Assembly (NCBI GenBank): GCA_012719535.1
Contig: JAAYAC010000146.1
Span: forward strand, 10,337 to 74,336
Source: Syntrophomonadaceae bacterium
GTDB lineage: Bacteria > Bacillota > Syntrophomonadia > Syntrophomonadales > Syntrophothermaceae
Direction: 5' to 3'
Length of the DNA: 64,000 nucleotides
Every line of letters begins with the position of its first letter. The first letter of the stretch is position 1. Shown here one piece after another: positions 38,687 to 49,477 of the stretch. The position numbers were made by a program, and so were the translations under genes. The notes beneath the pieces were generated by a model. The model was not told the origin of the DNA, did not search any database, and was given only the letters and a program-made list of their open reading frames with translations.

Positions 38687-39336
38687 TACGCCCTCCCCAG
38701 GTGAGCCTTGATGCTGGCGAAGACCTGTTCCCGGGACTGCTGCCCGTCAATGTTCACCAGGAGGTTCCGTTTCTGGTAGTAATCCAGCAAGGGATTGGTC
38801 TCCTTTTCGTAAACTTCCAGCCTGTTTCTCACGGTCTCTACCGCGGTATCGTCACTGCGCTGCTGCAAGCTGGCACCACACTTGTCGCAAATCCCCTCCT
38901 GGCGCGGTGGTTGAAATGTCCGGTGATAGACAGTCTTGCATTCGGGACAGGTGAGCCTCCCCGTCATCCTGTCCACCAGAATTTCGTTGGGAACATAAAT
39001 ATTTATGACAAAGTCCAACTCTTTATGCAGGTCAGACAGGATGTTGTTCAGGGCTTCAGCCTGCTTTATATTGCGGGGAAAACCGTCCATCAGGAAGCCC
39101 CGCTCGCAGTCCGACCGGGTGAGTCTTTCGGCGATGAGTCCTATGGTAACCTCGTCGGGTACCAGCATCCCGGCATTCATGTATTCCTGAGCCTTCTTAC
39201 CCAGTTCCGTGCCTTTGGCTACCGCCTCCCGGAACATGTCCCCGGTAGATATGTGGGGAATACCATAGGCAGCGGCAATAAGTTCGGCCTGGGTACCCTT
39301 ACCAGCCCCCGGGGGGCCCATTATCAGTATATTCAT
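38686..39336 (-). CDS. adk: adenylate kinase (zinc-lid form)
   Basis: 216 aa with P-loop GPPGAGKGT and lid CPECKTVYH...CDKCG. Confidence 0.96.
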   Translation of the reverse strand: MNILIMGPPGAGKGTQAELIAAAYGIPHISTGDMFREAVAKGTELGKKAQEYMNAGMLVPDEVTIGLIAERLTRSDCERGFLMDGFPRNIKQAEALNNILSDLHKELDFVINIYVPNEILVDRMTGRLTCPECKTVYHRTFQPPRQEGICDKCGASLQQRSDDTAVETVRNRLEVYEKETNPLLDYYQKRNLLVNIDGQQSREQVFASIKAHLGRA

Positions 39337-39353
39337 TCGGTATCATCTCCCAA

Positions 39354-40622
39354 TTATTTCACAAAGCCTTCATAACTCCTGAGTAACAGGTGCGCCTCCA
39401 TCTGTTTCATGGTGTCCAATGCCACTCCCACTACAATCAGCAACGCGGTTCCACCAAACCAGGCGTTGGTTATGCCGGTAATGGCTATTACAAAGTTGGG
39501 TAGTATGGCGATGAAGGCCAGAAATATGCCGCCGGCGAATGTTAGCCGGGAAAGAACCCGGTCGATATAATCGGCCGTAGGACGTCCCGGTCGGATCCCG
39601 GGAATAAACCCTCCATACTTTTTGATATTTTCGGAAACATCAGTCGGATTGAATATTATTGCTACATAGAAATAGGTGAAGAAGAATATCAACAGCGCGT
39701 AAAGGACATTGTACAACGGGGTCTGAAAATTAAAATAGGTGTTGATAAAATTGGTTACCGGTCCCCGGGAGAACCAGGAGGCAACTGTAGCGGGGAACAT
39801 CATGAGCGACATTCCAAATATAATCGGAATAACCCCACCCATGTTGACCCTCAGGGGTAGAAAAGTGCTCTGTCCCCCATACACCCTTCTTCCTACAACC
39901 CGCTTGGCATACTGCACGGGAATCCGCCGCTGGCCTTCGTTCATAGCAACTACGGCCACTATAACAACCAGGGCTATAACTATGAAGCCAAACAGGTTGA
40001 AGAATCCTATCGTACCAGCCGCGGTTAACTGAACTATTCCACTCAGCGCGCTAGGAATTCGGGCCACTATACCGGCAAAAATTATCAGGGAAATACCGTT
40101 ACCGATTCCCTTATCGGTGATCATTTCTCCTATCCACATCAAAAGCGCGGTCCCGGCGGTCAGGCTGACCGCAATCAGGAGGTAGGAGCCAATGCCTGGG
40201 TGCTCAACCGCCCCGGGATAACGGCTCATGGCCAGCGCCATCCCGATGGCCTGGATAAACCCCAGCACCACTGTACCGTACCTGATGTACTGGGTAATCT
40301 TCTTGCGACCTTCTTCTCCTTCTTTCGCAAGCTGTTCCAGCCTAGGGACCACTACCTGCAACAGTTGCATGATAATGGAGGCATTGATATAGGGAGTAAT
40401 ACTCATGGCGAAGATACTGAAACGTTTAAATGCTCCACCGGAGATCAGGTCAAAGAAACCGAACAGCTGGTTGTTAGCCAGGAGCTTCTCAAACACCTGG
40501 GGGTTGATTCCGGGAACTGGAATATGGGCCCCCAGCCGGAAAACTAAAAACATTCCCAGGGTAAACAGAATCTTGGCACGAAGGTCTCCTACCTTTAACG
40601 CGCTCTGGAATGAACCCAACAA
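39354..40622 (-). CDS. secY: preprotein translocase subunit SecY
   Basis: 422 aa, 10 TM segments, located between rplO and adk. Confidence 0.96.
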   Translation of the reverse strand: MLGSFQSALKVGDLRAKILFTLGMFLVFRLGAHIPVPGINPQVFEKLLANNQLFGFFDLISGGAFKRFSIFAMSITPYINASIIMQLLQVVVPRLEQLAKEGEEGRKKITQYIRYGTVVLGFIQAIGMALAMSRYPGAVEHPGIGSYLLIAVSLTAGTALLMWIGEMITDKGIGNGISLIIFAGIVARIPSALSGIVQLTAAGTIGFFNLFGFIVIALVVIVAVVAMNEGQRRIPVQYAKRVVGRRVYGGQSTFLPLRVNMGGVIPIIFGMSLMMFPATVASWFSRGPVTNFINTYFNFQTPLYNVLYALLIFFFTYFYVAIIFNPTDVSENIKKYGGFIPGIRPGRPTADYIDRVLSRLTFAGGIFLAFIAILPNFVIAITGITNAWFGGTALLIVVGVALDTMKQMEAHLLLRSYEGFVK

Positions 40623-41063
40623 TTAGATCACCTCTACCCTGCCACCCTTTGCAGCGATTTTTTCCTCCGCCTGGCGACTAATCCTGTGTGCTTGCACTGT
40701 CAGGGTCTTTTCCAGTTCGCCGTCACCAAGTATCTTGACCCCGTCCTTGGAGGACTTTATCAGCCCGTTTTCCCTGAGCAACTGCGGTGTAACTACCGTC
40801 CCGTCGGCAAACCTGTTCAGGTCCTTCACGTTTACAATGGCAAATTCCTTCTTAAATATATTAGTAAATCCCCTTTTAGGCAAGCGTCTTTGCAGGGGCA
40901 TTTGACCGCCTTCAAACCCCGGCCGTACCCCACCGCCGGAGCGGGCTTTCTGCCCCTTGTGCCCGCGGGTTGAGGTTTTGCCGTGTCCCGAGCTCATGCC
41001 CCGGCCTACCCGTTTTACCCGCTTGGTGGCACCGGGCGGGGCCTTAAGTTCGTGCAACCTCAT
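40623..41063 (-). CDS. rplO: 50S ribosomal protein L15
   Basis: 146 aa with N-terminus [38 protein letters not shown]. Confidence 0.97.
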   Translation of the reverse strand: MRLHELKAPPGATKRVKRVGRGMSSGHGKTSTRGHKGQKARSGGGVRPGFEGGQMPLQRRLPKRGFTNIFKKEFAIVNVKDLNRFADGTVVTPQLLRENGLIKSSKDGVKILGDGELEKTLTVQAHRISRQAEEKIAAKGGRVEVI

Positions 41064-41102
41064 GCTTATCCTCCTTACTCGTCGATTTAGCCTCTTCCCC
41101 GG

Positions 41103-41621
41103 TTACCCGAGAATGTCCGCTACCGTCTTGCCGCGCAGGCGTGCTACCTCTTCAGCCCTTTTCAGGCTTCGCAGCGCTTCCATGGTCGCTCTCACCATAT
41201 TGTTGGCATTCGATGAACCGAGCGACTTGGTAAGGATATCCTTAATGCCGGCAAGTTCCAAAACCGCTCTTACCGGCCCACCCGCGATAACCCCGGTTCC
41301 TGGTGATGCCGGCTTCAAGAGAACCCTGCCCGCTCCAAACCGGCCGATGATGGGATGGGGGATAGTACGTTCCTCGATAAGGGGGACTTCAATCATGTTT
41401 TTCTTGGCGTCCTCGATGCCCTTGCGGATAGCCTCGGGGACTTCCGCGGCTTTACCCAGACCGGAGCCCACCCTGCCTTTTCCGTCTCCCACAACGACAA
41501 CCGCACTGAAGCTAAAGCGGCGGCCACCTTTCACTACTTTCGCCACTCTTCTTATAGTAACGACTCTCTCTGACAGTTCCGGGGTTTCCTGGTCCTTTTC
41601 CACTATGTTGTCCTTTCTCAC
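41103..41621 (-). CDS. rpsE: 30S ribosomal protein S5
   Basis: 172 aa. Contains [33 protein letters not shown]. Confidence 0.97.
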   Translation of the reverse strand: MRKDNIVEKDQETPELSERVVTIRRVAKVVKGGRRFSFSAVVVVGDGKGRVGSGLGKAAEVPEAIRKGIEDAKKNMIEVPLIEERTIPHPIIGRFGAGRVLLKPASPGTGVIAGGPVRAVLELAGIKDILTKSLGSSNANNMVRATMEALRSLKRAEEVARLRGKTVADILG

Positions 41622-41986
41622 TAGAACTTCAACCCTCCTTCCCTGGCTGCATCGGCCAAAGCTGCTACTCGCCCATGGTACTTGTATCCACTCCGGTCGA
41701 ACAGCACCTGTGTAATACCCTTTTCTAGAGCCTTCCTGGCCAGTAGCTTACCAACTGCTCTGGCGCCTTCTACTGTGCTCTTGCCTTCCAGTTCACTCAA
41801 CTCCTTATCCAGTGTCGATGCAGTTGCCAGGGTACGGTGGGTGGTATCGTCGATCAACTGGGCATATATATGCCGCAGGCTCCGGTAGACACACAGGCGC
41901 GGTTTTTCCGAGGTTCCCGAGATCTTGTTCCGTACTCGCTTGTGTCTTCCCTGCCTGATGGTGTTGCGGCTTGGCTTGTTAATCAA
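41621..41986 (-). CDS. rplR: 50S ribosomal protein L18
   Basis: 121 aa. Contains [18 protein letters not shown] and the C-terminus [22 protein letters not shown]. Confidence 0.97.
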   Translation of the reverse strand: MINKPSRNTIRQGRHKRVRNKISGTSEKPRLCVYRSLRHIYAQLIDDTTHRTLATASTLDKELSELEGKSTVEGARAVGKLLARKALEKGITQVLFDRSGYKYHGRVAALADAAREGGLKF

Positions 41987-42011
41987 GGCTGATTCACTCC
42001 CTTCTGGCAGG

Positions 42012-42554
42012 TTACCTGGCGCCGGCCTTACCAGCTTTGCGCCTGATCACTTCGTTTTCATACTTGATTCCTTTACCCTTATATGGTTCGGGCTTTCGTA
42101 CCGCTCTAATGTTAGCGGCTACGTTGCCGACCAGTTGCTTGTCAATACCCTTAACTACCACCTTGGTGGCAGCAGGCACTTCCAACTCTATACCATCGGG
42201 CGGTTCAATTTCTACCGGGTGGGAGTAGCCTATGCTGAGCACGAGCTTTTTCCCCTGCATTTGCGCCCGGTACCCGACTCCCACCAGGTCCAGTCTTTTT
42301 TCAAAGCCCCGCGTTACCCCCTCAACCATGTTGGCCAGCAGAGCCCGGGTCATTCCGTGCAAGGCACGGTGTTGCTTTTCATCCGTTGCCCGGGTAACCA
42401 CCGCTTGATTCCCGTCGATAGCCACCTCGATACCGGAACATAGCCGCGTGGACAGTGTGCCCTTCGGTCCCTTGACGGTTACGTTGCCATCTTCTACTTT
42501 TATCTCCACTCCTGCCGGTATTTCGACCGGTTTCTTGCCTATCCTAGACATCAA
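42012..42554 (-). CDS. rplF: 50S ribosomal protein L6
   Basis: About 179 aa with N-terminus [31 protein letters not shown]. Confidence 0.97.
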   Translation of the reverse strand: MMSRIGKKPVEIPAGVEIKVEDGNVTVKGPKGTLSTRLCSGIEVAIDGNQAVVTRATDEKQHRALHGMTRALLANMVEGVTRGFEKRLDLVGVGYRAQMQGKKLVLSIGYSHPVEIEPPDGIELEVPAATKVVVKGIDKQLVGNVAANIRAVRKPEPYKGKGIKYENEVIRRKAGKAGAR

Positions 42555-42572
42555 GTTTACCTCCTTCGACGT

Positions 42573-42971
42573 TTACCAGATGTAGCAGATAACTTCTCCG
42601 CCAAGTTCCTGTTTCCGGGCCTTCTTGTCGGTCATTAACCCCTTCGAAGTGGAAATAACAGCAGTTCCTAGTCCCCCCAGGACTTTGGGTATTTCGCTCT
42701 TGCCCACGTATACCCGCAAACCGGGTTTGCTGATCCTCTTCAGGCCGGTGATGACCTTTTCCTTGTTCGGACCGTACTTGAGATAGATGCGGATAATACC
42801 CTGTTTGTCGTCGGCAATGAACTCGTAGTCCTTGATATAGCCTTCTTCTTTCATTATGTCAGCAATCGCCAGTTTCATCTTCGAGGCCGGAATCTCAACG
42901 GTCTTATGCATGACCATGTTGGCATTTCTTATCCTGGTGAGGAAATCGGCGATTGGATCGGATACGACCAT
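42573..42971 (-). CDS. rpsH: 30S ribosomal protein S8
   Basis: 132 aa with N-terminus [20 protein letters not shown]. Confidence 0.97.
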   Translation of the reverse strand: MVVSDPIADFLTRIRNANMVMHKTVEIPASKMKLAIADIMKEEGYIKDYEFIADDKQGIIRIYLKYGPNKEKVITGLKRISKPGLRVYVGKSEIPKVLGGLGTAVISTSKGLMTDKKARKQELGGEVICYIW

Positions 42972-42998
42972 ACCTCAAACCTCCTTCTCAAATGACGC

Positions 42999-43184
42999 CT
43001 ACCAGCTCGCCTTGGTTACGCCGGGTATTTCTCCCCTGTGAGCCATTTGGCGAAAACATATCCGGCACATGCCAAACTTCCGCATGTAGGCTCTAGGTCT
43101 ACCGCAGATCTTGCAGCGGTTGTACTCTCGCGTGGAGAACTTTTGGGGGCGTTTTTGCTTGGCAATCATGGATTTCTTGGCCAC
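42999..43184 (-). CDS. rpsN: 30S ribosomal protein S14 type Z (zinc-binding)
   Basis: 61 aa. Contains [22 protein letters not shown]. Confidence 0.96.
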   Translation of the reverse strand: MAKKSMIAKQKRPQKFSTREYNRCKICGRPRAYMRKFGMCRICFRQMAHRGEIPGVTKASW

Positions 43185-43196
43185 TCTTTTCCCTCC

Positions 43197-43739
43197 TTAT
43201 TGTTCTCTGAACGGCATGCCCATGTAGCGCAGTAATTCCCGGGCCTCCTCGTCCGTCTTGGCCGACGTCACGATTACCACTTCGAGGCCGCGTATCTTGT
43301 CAATCTTGTCATAGTCAATCTCCGGAAAGATAACCTGTTCTTTAATGCCCAGGGTGTAATTGCCCCGCCCGTCAAAAGCCGTGGGCGAGACTCCCCTGAA
43401 GTCACGCACGCGCGGTAGGGCTATGTTGATCAGCTTGTCCAGGAAATCGTACATCCTGTCACCCCGTAGCGTCACCTTGCAGCCGATGGACATACCCTCT
43501 CTGAGCTTGAACCCTGCTATCGACTTGCGGGCCTTGGTGACTACCGGCCTTTGCCCCGAGATCACCGTGAGGTCGTTGACCGCCCCGTCCAGGACTTTAG
43601 CGTTTTGGATTGCTTCACCGACTCCCATGTTGAGGACAACCTTTTCTATCCTGGGAACCTCCATGCGGTTGCGGTATTTAAACCTTTCCATCATCTTCTT
43701 AACTATTTCATTCTGGTATATCTCCTTTAATCTTGCCAT
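43197..43739 (-). CDS. rplE: 50S ribosomal protein L5
   Basis: 180 aa. Contains [22 protein letters not shown] and [10 protein letters not shown]. Confidence 0.97.
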   Translation of the reverse strand: MARLKEIYQNEIVKKMMERFKYRNRMEVPRIEKVVLNMGVGEAIQNAKVLDGAVNDLTVISGQRPVVTKARKSIAGFKLREGMSIGCKVTLRGDRMYDFLDKLINIALPRVRDFRGVSPTAFDGRGNYTLGIKEQVIFPEIDYDKIDKIRGLEVVIVTSAKTDEEARELLRYMGMPFREQ

Positions 43740-43860
43740 GAACTAGCCTCCTTATTCGGAAGTCTACCCGATACCCGCCAATCACTCGATTATCGTTGCT
43801 GGAGCCGTCATCCGGCTGACAGCGGGAGTGGAAATGGTTTCGGCCCGCGGACCTAACCGG

Positions 43861-44187
43861 TTAGTCGATAACCTCGCCACATTTCCGGCAGACTCTTACC
43901 TTTTCGCCGTTCTCCAGAAACTTTCTTCCTACTCGGGTCGGTGACTGGCACTTGGTACATACCAGCATAACATTGGAAGCATGGACCGGTGCCTCAATGT
44001 TCAGTATCCCGCCCTGAGGAAGGGTACGGGTTGGTTTCTGGTGCTTCTTAACTTTGTTGATTCCTTCTACAACCACCCGGTTGCGCTCGGGATCTACTTT
44101 GAGCACCTTCCCCCGTTTGCCCAGGTCCCGGCCGGCGATGACTTCAATTGTATCGCCTTTTCTAATCTTCATGTTTGGCTTGCTCAT
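43861..44187 (-). CDS. rplX: 50S ribosomal protein L24 (with C-terminal CxxC...CxxC)
   Basis: 108 aa. KOW motif is IRKGDTIEVIAGRDLGKRGKV. The C-terminus is CTKCQSPTRVGRKFLENGEKVRVCRKCGEVID. Confidence 0.96.
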   Translation of the reverse strand: MSKPNMKIRKGDTIEVIAGRDLGKRGKVLKVDPERNRVVVEGINKVKKHQKPTRTLPQGGILNIEAPVHASNVMLVCTKCQSPTRVGRKFLENGEKVRVCRKCGEVID

Positions 44188-44204
44188 CTGTCACACCTCC
44201 ACGT

Positions 44205-44573
44205 CTACAGGACCTCGGGGGCCAATGACACGATCTTCATGAAGTTCCTGTCCCGTAATTCCCTGGCTACCGGTCCGAAGATGCGTGTCCCTTTCGGGTT
44301 ATTGTTATCGTCAATTATCACCGCGGCATTCTCGCCGAACCTGATATATGATCCGTCCGGTCGACGTATCTCTTTCGTGGTCCTTACCACCACCGCTTTG
44401 ACCACATCACCTTTCTTAACCACCCCGCCCGGGGATGCTTCTTTAACGCTTAGCACGATTATATCTCCAACGGTTGCATACTTACGGTGGGAGCCACCCA
44501 GAACCTTGATACACATTGCTTTCTTGGCGCCGGTATTGTCCCCCACCCTGAGCATGGTTTGGGGCTGGATCAT
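44205..44573 (-). CDS. rplN: 50S ribosomal protein L14
   Basis: 122 aa with N-terminus [18 protein letters not shown]. Confidence 0.97.
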   Translation of the reverse strand: MIQPQTMLRVGDNTGAKKAMCIKVLGGSHRKYATVGDIIVLSVKEASPGGVVKKGDVVKAVVVRTTKEIRRPDGSYIRFGENAAVIIDDNNNPKGTRIFGPVARELRDRNFMKIVSLAPEVL

Positions 44574-44597
44574 TACGTTTGCCTCCCTTCGAATGGG

Positions 44598-44867
44598 TTA
44601 CTGTAGTGTCTTGGCCCTTTCCACAATTTCAATGACCCGCCATCTCTTGTTTTTGCTCAAAGGCCTGGTTTCCATAATCCTGACCACGTCGCCTTGCCGG
44701 CACTCGTTCTTCTCATCGTGCACCGCGTACTTTTTACTGGTCCGGATAACCTTCTTGTAAAGGGGGTGTTGGTTCACGGTTTCCACGCGGACCGTGACCG
44801 TTTTGTCCATTTTGTCGCTTACCACGGTACCAATTCTAACTTTTCGTTGCCCTCTAGTGTCTGACAC
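44598..44867 (-). CDS. rpsQ: 30S ribosomal protein S17
   Basis: 89 aa. Contains [17 protein letters not shown] and [23 protein letters not shown]. Confidence 0.97.
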   Translation of the reverse strand: MSDTRGQRKVRIGTVVSDKMDKTVTVRVETVNQHPLYKKVIRTSKKYAVHDEKNECRQGDVVRIMETRPLSKNKRWRVIEIVERAKTLQ

Positions 44868-44880
44868 CCCAAGCCCTCCT

Positions 44881-45087
44881 TTAGGTGACCTTCCGTCCCT
44901 TGATCTCGCGTTCGCGCTGTATGGTTTTGATCCTGGCTATATCTTTCTTAACTTCTCTGATACGCATAGGGTTGTCGAGTTGTCCGGTCGCTAGTTGAAA
45001 CCTAAGATTGAAAAGCTCCCCTTTGTAGTCGCCAACCTTCTTCTTCAGTTCATCGTCGGTAAGCTCTCTCAGTTTTCTAGCTTTCAC
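44881..45087 (-). CDS. rpmC: 50S ribosomal protein L29
   Basis: 68 aa from the GTG at 45087 ((M)[36 protein letters not shown]). This aligns with the Bacillus L29 N-terminus. The track ORF begins 4 codons earlier. It overlaps the rplP 3' end. Confidence 0.9.
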   Translation of the reverse strand: MKARKLRELTDDELKKKVGDYKGELFNLRFQLATGQLDNPMRIREVKKDIARIKTIQREREIKGRKVT

Positions 45088-45514
45088 CAGACTCACCACC
45101 CATTTCCTCTCTTTTTATAAACTTGCACTTGACGGGCAGCTTGTGTGCGGCCAGCCGCATGGCTTCTTTCGCCACCTCTTCGTTTACTCCGGCCAGTTCA
45201 AACATTACCCGGCCAGGCTTGACCACGGCTACCCAGTACTCGGGAGCACCTTTGCCTTTACCCATCCGGGTTTCCGCCGGCTTCGCGGTTATTGGCCGGT
45301 CAGGGAAAATCTTTATCCAGACCTTCCCGCCCCGCTTCACATGCCTGGTAATTGCTACCCGCGCCGCCTCTATCTGGCGGTTGGTTATCCATCCTGCTTC
45401 TAAGGCTTGAAGGCCATATTCCCCATAGCTTACGGTGTTCCCTTTCGTAGCTTGGCCCTTCAGGTTTCTCGGCCGGTGGGGCCTTCTGTATTTTACACGC
45501 TTTGGCAAAAGCAT
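45077..45514 (-). CDS. rplP: 50S ribosomal protein L16
   Basis: 145 aa with N-terminus [26 protein letters not shown]. Confidence 0.97.
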   Translation of the reverse strand: MLLPKRVKYRRPHRPRNLKGQATKGNTVSYGEYGLQALEAGWITNRQIEAARVAITRHVKRGGKVWIKIFPDRPITAKPAETRMGKGKGAPEYWVAVVKPGRVMFELAGVNEEVAKEAMRLAAHKLPVKCKFIKREEMGGESGES

Positions 45515-46182
45515 TACTTATCTTCCTCCTCCGCCTTCTTGGCCGGTTCCCTCAGCTTAGGCAGTACTTCTCCCCGGTTAATCCAAATCTTGATCCCGAT
45601 TTTGCCATACGTGGTCATAGCTTCGGCAAAACCATAGTCAATATCTGCCCGCAAGGTGTGCAGGGGGACTCTGCCTTCGGCATACCACTCGGTCCGGGCA
45701 ATCTCGGCGCCGCCTAACCGTCCTGAAACTGCGATTTTAATTCCCTGGGCTCCGGAACGCATGGTACGGGTTACAGCCTGTTTCATGGCCCGGCGAAAGG
45801 CAACCCTTCTCTCTAGCTGAGCAGCTACGTTCTCCGCAACAATCTGTGCATCGAGTTCCGGCTTCTTGATCTCGACAATATTGATATTAACGTTCTTGCC
45901 CGTCATCGCCGCCAGGTTTTTCCGGAGTTGCTCAACCTCTGTACCGCCCCGGCCGATTACTATTCCCGGTTTGGCAGTATGGATGGAAATTCTTACCCGG
46001 TTTCCGGTTCTTTCGATCTCGACTTTGGAGATTCCCGCCGCAAAGAAGTTTTCCTTGATGTATTTCCGTATCCGGTGGTCTTCATGGAGAAGCTCCGTAT
46101 AGTCCCGGTCTGCATACCACTTGGAATCCCAATCTCTGATGATCCCTATCCTAAATCCTTTAGGATGAACTTTCTGTCCCAC
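45514..46182 (-). CDS. rpsC: 30S ribosomal protein S3
   Basis: 222 aa with N-terminus [24 protein letters not shown]. Confidence 0.97.
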   Translation of the reverse strand: MGQKVHPKGFRIGIIRDWDSKWYADRDYTELLHEDHRIRKYIKENFFAAGISKVEIERTGNRVRISIHTAKPGIVIGRGGTEVEQLRKNLAAMTGKNVNINIVEIKKPELDAQIVAENVAAQLERRVAFRRAMKQAVTRTMRSGAQGIKIAVSGRLGGAEIARTEWYAEGRVPLHTLRADIDYGFAEAMTTYGKIGIKIWINRGEVLPKLREPAKKAEEEDK

Positions 46183-46523
46183 TATCTAGCCTCCCTTTCC
46201 TTGACTACCACCGTTATATGACTGGTCCTTCGCTTCATCATATCGGCCCTACCATAGGCCCGGGGTTTCAATCTCTTCAGGCTCGGGCCTTCGTCAACGT
46301 ACGCCGCGGCGACATACAGTTCATCCGCGTTCATGTCGAAATTGTGTTCGGCGTTGGCTACCGCGGATTTTATGACTTTGGCGATCAGTGGCGCACCCTT
46401 TTTGTTGGTGTATCTCAATATCGCCAGGGCTTCCCGGGTACTCTTGCCCCGAATGAGATCCACCACCTGCCGGGCCTTGAAAGGAGATATGCGTAAATAC
46501 CGCGCTACTGCTGTTGCTTCCAC
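46182..46523 (-). CDS. rplV: 50S ribosomal protein L22
   Basis: 113 aa with N-terminus [27 protein letters not shown]. Confidence 0.97.
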   Translation of the reverse strand: MEATAVARYLRISPFKARQVVDLIRGKSTREALAILRYTNKKGAPLIAKVIKSAVANAEHNFDMNADELYVAAAYVDEGPSLKRLKPRAYGRADMMKRRTSHITVVVKEREAR

Positions 46524-46540
46524 CGTTATCCCCCTCTCTA

Positions 46541-46825
46541 CTACCTGCGCTTGCTGGTTTTCTCCGACTTGTCGGCATGGCCCCGGTAGGTCCGGGTCGG
46601 CGCAAATTCGCCCAGCTTGTGACCCACCATGTCCTCGCTTATATAGATAGGAATGTGCTTCCTGCCATCATGGACAGCCAGGGTGTGGCCAATCATTTCC
46701 GGCAGTATTGTCGAACGACGAGACCAAGTCTTGATGACTTTTTTCTCCCCGGTTTCATTCATCCTCTCGATCTTTTTTAGGATGCTTTCCTCGCAGTAGG
46801 GGCCTTTCTTTAGAGACCTGCCCAT
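46541..46825 (-). CDS. rpsS: 30S ribosomal protein S19
   Basis: 94 aa. Contains [10 protein letters not shown] and [29 protein letters not shown]. Confidence 0.97.
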   Translation of the reverse strand: MGRSLKKGPYCEESILKKIERMNETGEKKVIKTWSRRSTILPEMIGHTLAVHDGRKHIPIYISEDMVGHKLGEFAPTRTYRGHADKSEKTSKRR

Positions 46826-46842
46826 ACCTTAACCTCCTTCTG

Positions 46843-47667
46843 CTATTTGCGTTTCTTGACAATCATCTTATCCGAAGGCTTCTTTTTCCGGGTCTTGCCT
46901 CCTATGGCGATCTTGCCCCAGGGGGATACCGGGTATTTTCTTCCGACCGGCGCTCGTCCCTCCCCGCCGCCGTGCGGGTGGTCCACCGGGTTCATGACCG
47001 AGCCTCTCACCGTGGGGCGGATACCCAGCCAACGAGAGCGACCGGCTTTCCCAATACTGATGTTTTCGTGGTCCAGGTTGCCCACCCCACCAATAGTAGC
47101 CCGGCAGTTGATGTGTACTAATCTCACCTCGCCGGAAGGCAGCCTGACATGGGCATAGTTGCCTTCCTTGGCCATGAGTTGTGCGGAAGCCCCGGCCGAG
47201 CGGACGATCTGTCCCCCCTTGCCCGGTTTTAACTCTATGTTATGGATGGTGGTGCCTACCGGGATATTCCGCAGTGGCAGAGTATTGCCTACTTTGATAT
47301 CGGCTCCTTCACCGGACATAACCTGTTCCCCCACCTTTAATCCGTTGGGGGCGATAATGTACCTCTTTTCGCCGTCAACATAGTGCAACAGGGCTATGTT
47401 GGCCGACCGGTTCGGATCATACTCGATGGCTGCTACTTTAGCGGGGACTCCATCCTTATTACGTTTGAAGTCTATTATTCGGTATAGCCGTTTGTGGCCG
47501 CCCCCGCGATGCCGTACCGTTAGCCTTCCTTTGGCGTTCCTTCCCCCGGTCTTCTTTAAGGGAACCGTCAGGGATTTTTCCGGCTCAACCTTGGTTATTT
47601 CATCAAAGGTTAAGACGGTCATCTGTCGCCTTCCCGGGGAAGTAGGCTTAAACTTCTTAATACCCAC
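46843..47667 (-). CDS. rplB: 50S ribosomal protein L2
   Basis: 274 aa. Contains [14 protein letters not shown] and [14 protein letters not shown]. Confidence 0.97.
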   Translation of the reverse strand: MGIKKFKPTSPGRRQMTVLTFDEITKVEPEKSLTVPLKKTGGRNAKGRLTVRHRGGGHKRLYRIIDFKRNKDGVPAKVAAIEYDPNRSANIALLHYVDGEKRYIIAPNGLKVGEQVMSGEGADIKVGNTLPLRNIPVGTTIHNIELKPGKGGQIVRSAGASAQLMAKEGNYAHVRLPSGEVRLVHINCRATIGGVGNLDHENISIGKAGRSRWLGIRPTVRGSVMNPVDHPHGGGEGRAPVGRKYPVSPWGKIAIGGKTRKKKPSDKMIVKKRK

Positions 47668-47699
47668 GAGAATTTCCCTCCTTAACGATAGGCCAGCCG

Positions 47700-47987
47700 C
47701 TACATACCTTCAAAAAGCGGTATCTTGTGCCCGGCCTTTAGGCTTACGATGGCCTTTTTACGGTTCGGTTTTCTCCCTACGAACCGGCCCGTTCTTTTCT
47801 TCTTACCCTTAATATTCATGGTGTAAACCTTATCAACTTTTACCTTGAAGAGTTCTTCGACAGCCTTTCTTATTTCCGTCTTGTTGGCATTTTTATCTAC
47901 TATAAAGGTGTACTTGTTGTCAGCCAGAAGGTTCATGGTTTTTTCAGTCACTAGCGGCCTTACGATAACATCCCTGGCATCCTTCAT
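47700..47987 (-). CDS. rplW: 50S ribosomal protein L23
   Basis: 95 aa. Contains [14 protein letters not shown] and [27 protein letters not shown]. Confidence 0.97.
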   Translation of the reverse strand: MKDARDVIVRPLVTEKTMNLLADNKYTFIVDKNANKTEIRKAVEELFKVKVDKVYTMNIKGKKKRTGRFVGRKPNRKKAIVSLKAGHKIPLFEGM

Positions 47988-48610
47988 CAGGCAAAAACCT
48001 CCTCCACTTTAGCAACGGCGTCCCTGGTAATAATGAGTTTGTCGTAGTTGAGGATATCGTAGACATTTAGGAAATCCGCCCTTATTGGCTTGACTCCCGG
48101 AATATTTCGGGCTGATTTGACTACATTGGCATCCCCGTCAGCCGTGACGACGAGGGCCTTCTCAAAAACGTTGAGGGAATCCAGCACTTCCACCATTTTT
48201 TTCGTTTTGGGCTCGTCGAATACCAGTTGGTCCACCACGACAATTTCTTGATCTCTTACCTTGCTGGAAAGAGCTGATCTCAGGGCCAGCCGCCGCACCT
48301 TCCTGGGTAGCCGGTAGGAGAAATCACGGGGGTGGGGGCCGAACACCACGCCACCTTTTCGCCACAGGGGCGACCGGATACTACCCGCCCGGGCTCGCCC
48401 GGTACCTTTCTGACGGTAAGGCTTACGCCCGCCTCCCCTTACCTCACCTCTGGTCTTGGTATCCGCCGTGCCAACTCTCCGGTTGGCAAGCTGCATTTTC
48501 ACCACCTGGTGCATGGCTGCTTCACTGGGCTCTATGCCAAAGACTTTATCGTTCAGTTCTATCTCCCCGACCTGGGCTCCACTCATGTTGTACAGTGGCA
48601 CTTTTGGCAT
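47987..48610 (-). CDS. rplD: 50S ribosomal protein L4
   Basis: 207 aa from the ATG at 48610 ([19 protein letters not shown]), with AGGAGG 8 nt upstream. The track ORF starts 6 codons earlier. Confidence 0.95.
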   Translation of the reverse strand: MPKVPLYNMSGAQVGEIELNDKVFGIEPSEAAMHQVVKMQLANRRVGTADTKTRGEVRGGGRKPYRQKGTGRARAGSIRSPLWRKGGVVFGPHPRDFSYRLPRKVRRLALRSALSSKVRDQEIVVVDQLVFDEPKTKKMVEVLDSLNVFEKALVVTADGDANVVKSARNIPGVKPIRADFLNVYDILNYDKLIITRDAVAKVEEVFA

Positions 48611-48632
48611 CCTTGTAACCTCCTTCACACCG

Positions 48633-49271
48633 CTAAGCCTTGGCCGAATTCTTTATGGTAACTAAACCCCTCTTGGGTCCGGGAATCGCTCCCTTTATCA
48701 GGAGGACATTTCTTTCAGGGTACACCTTTACAACCTTCAAACGTTGGACGGTTACCCTCTCTCCACCCAGTCGACCGGGGAGTTTGCGCCCCTTGAATAC
48801 CCTTGCCGGTCCCTTGGCTCCCAGCGAACCGGGGCGACGGTGGTATTTCGAACCGTGTGCCATGGCTCCTCTCTGGAAGTTATGCCGCTTGATGCCCCCG
48901 GCAAAGCCCTTACCTTTGGAAATGCCGGTCACGTCAACAATGTCGCCTTCTTGGAACAGGTCTACCCCCAGTTCTTGCCCGATATCATAATCATCCACGT
49001 TTTCCACCCGGAACTCCCTGATGAATTTTAATGGCTTTACGTTAGCCCTGGCGAAATGGCCTTTTAGCGGCCTATTAACGTTCTTGTCCTTAGCTGCATA
49101 GAAGCCAACCTGAATGGCGTTGTAGCCATCAGTTTCAGCTTTCTTTTTTTGCAATACTACACAGGGACCCGCTTCCACAACCGTAACCGCCGTGGCCCGG
49201 TCGTTATCATCGAAAATCTGGGTCATGCCTAACTTGATACCTAAGATTCCTTTCTTAATCGGGTTACCCAT
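48633..49271 (-). CDS. rplC: 50S ribosomal protein L3
   Basis: 212 aa. Contains [14 protein letters not shown] and [19 protein letters not shown]. Confidence 0.97.
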   Translation of the reverse strand: MGNPIKKGILGIKLGMTQIFDDNDRATAVTVVEAGPCVVLQKKKAETDGYNAIQVGFYAAKDKNVNRPLKGHFARANVKPLKFIREFRVENVDDYDIGQELGVDLFQEGDIVDVTGISKGKGFAGGIKRHNFQRGAMAHGSKYHRRPGSLGAKGPARVFKGRKLPGRLGGERVTVQRLKVVKVYPERNVLLIKGAIPGPKRGLVTIKNSAKA

Positions 49272-49382
49272 TCGTTTTTTGCCTCCCTCTTCGGAAGTCG
49301 GATGTCAGAGGTCGCTGGTACTCGGCAGCCGGTCTACCGGCTTGATACCAGCTACATGAACATCTTTTCTTTCCTTGATCGA

Positions 49383-49458
49383 TCTAGCGTTTTCCTCCGT
49401 TCCGGGTCAGGCACGGCTCGCCTTCGCTGCGCTTGGCTCGTTGCCAGACCCGAGGTAG
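49383..49458. repeat. 76-bp direct repeat, copy 1 (rpsJ-rplC spacer)
   Basis: TCTAGCGTTTTCCTCCGTTCCGGGTCAGGCACGGCTCGCCTTCGCTGCGCTTGGCTCGTTGCCAGACCCGAGGTAG is identical to 49478-49553. It contains an imperfect inverted repeat, GGGTCAGGCA...TGCCAGACCC. Confidence 0.95.
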
Positions 49459-49477
49459 CTTCTTTTTTTCTTTCGTC

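Noticed and set aside
49404-49412. The 9-mer GGGTCAGGC is shared between the 76-bp S10-operon repeats and the arg-operon intercistronic motif.
   Set aside because: A shared 9-mer across 128 kb of two-strand sequence is close to chance expectation. The flanking sequences do not align.
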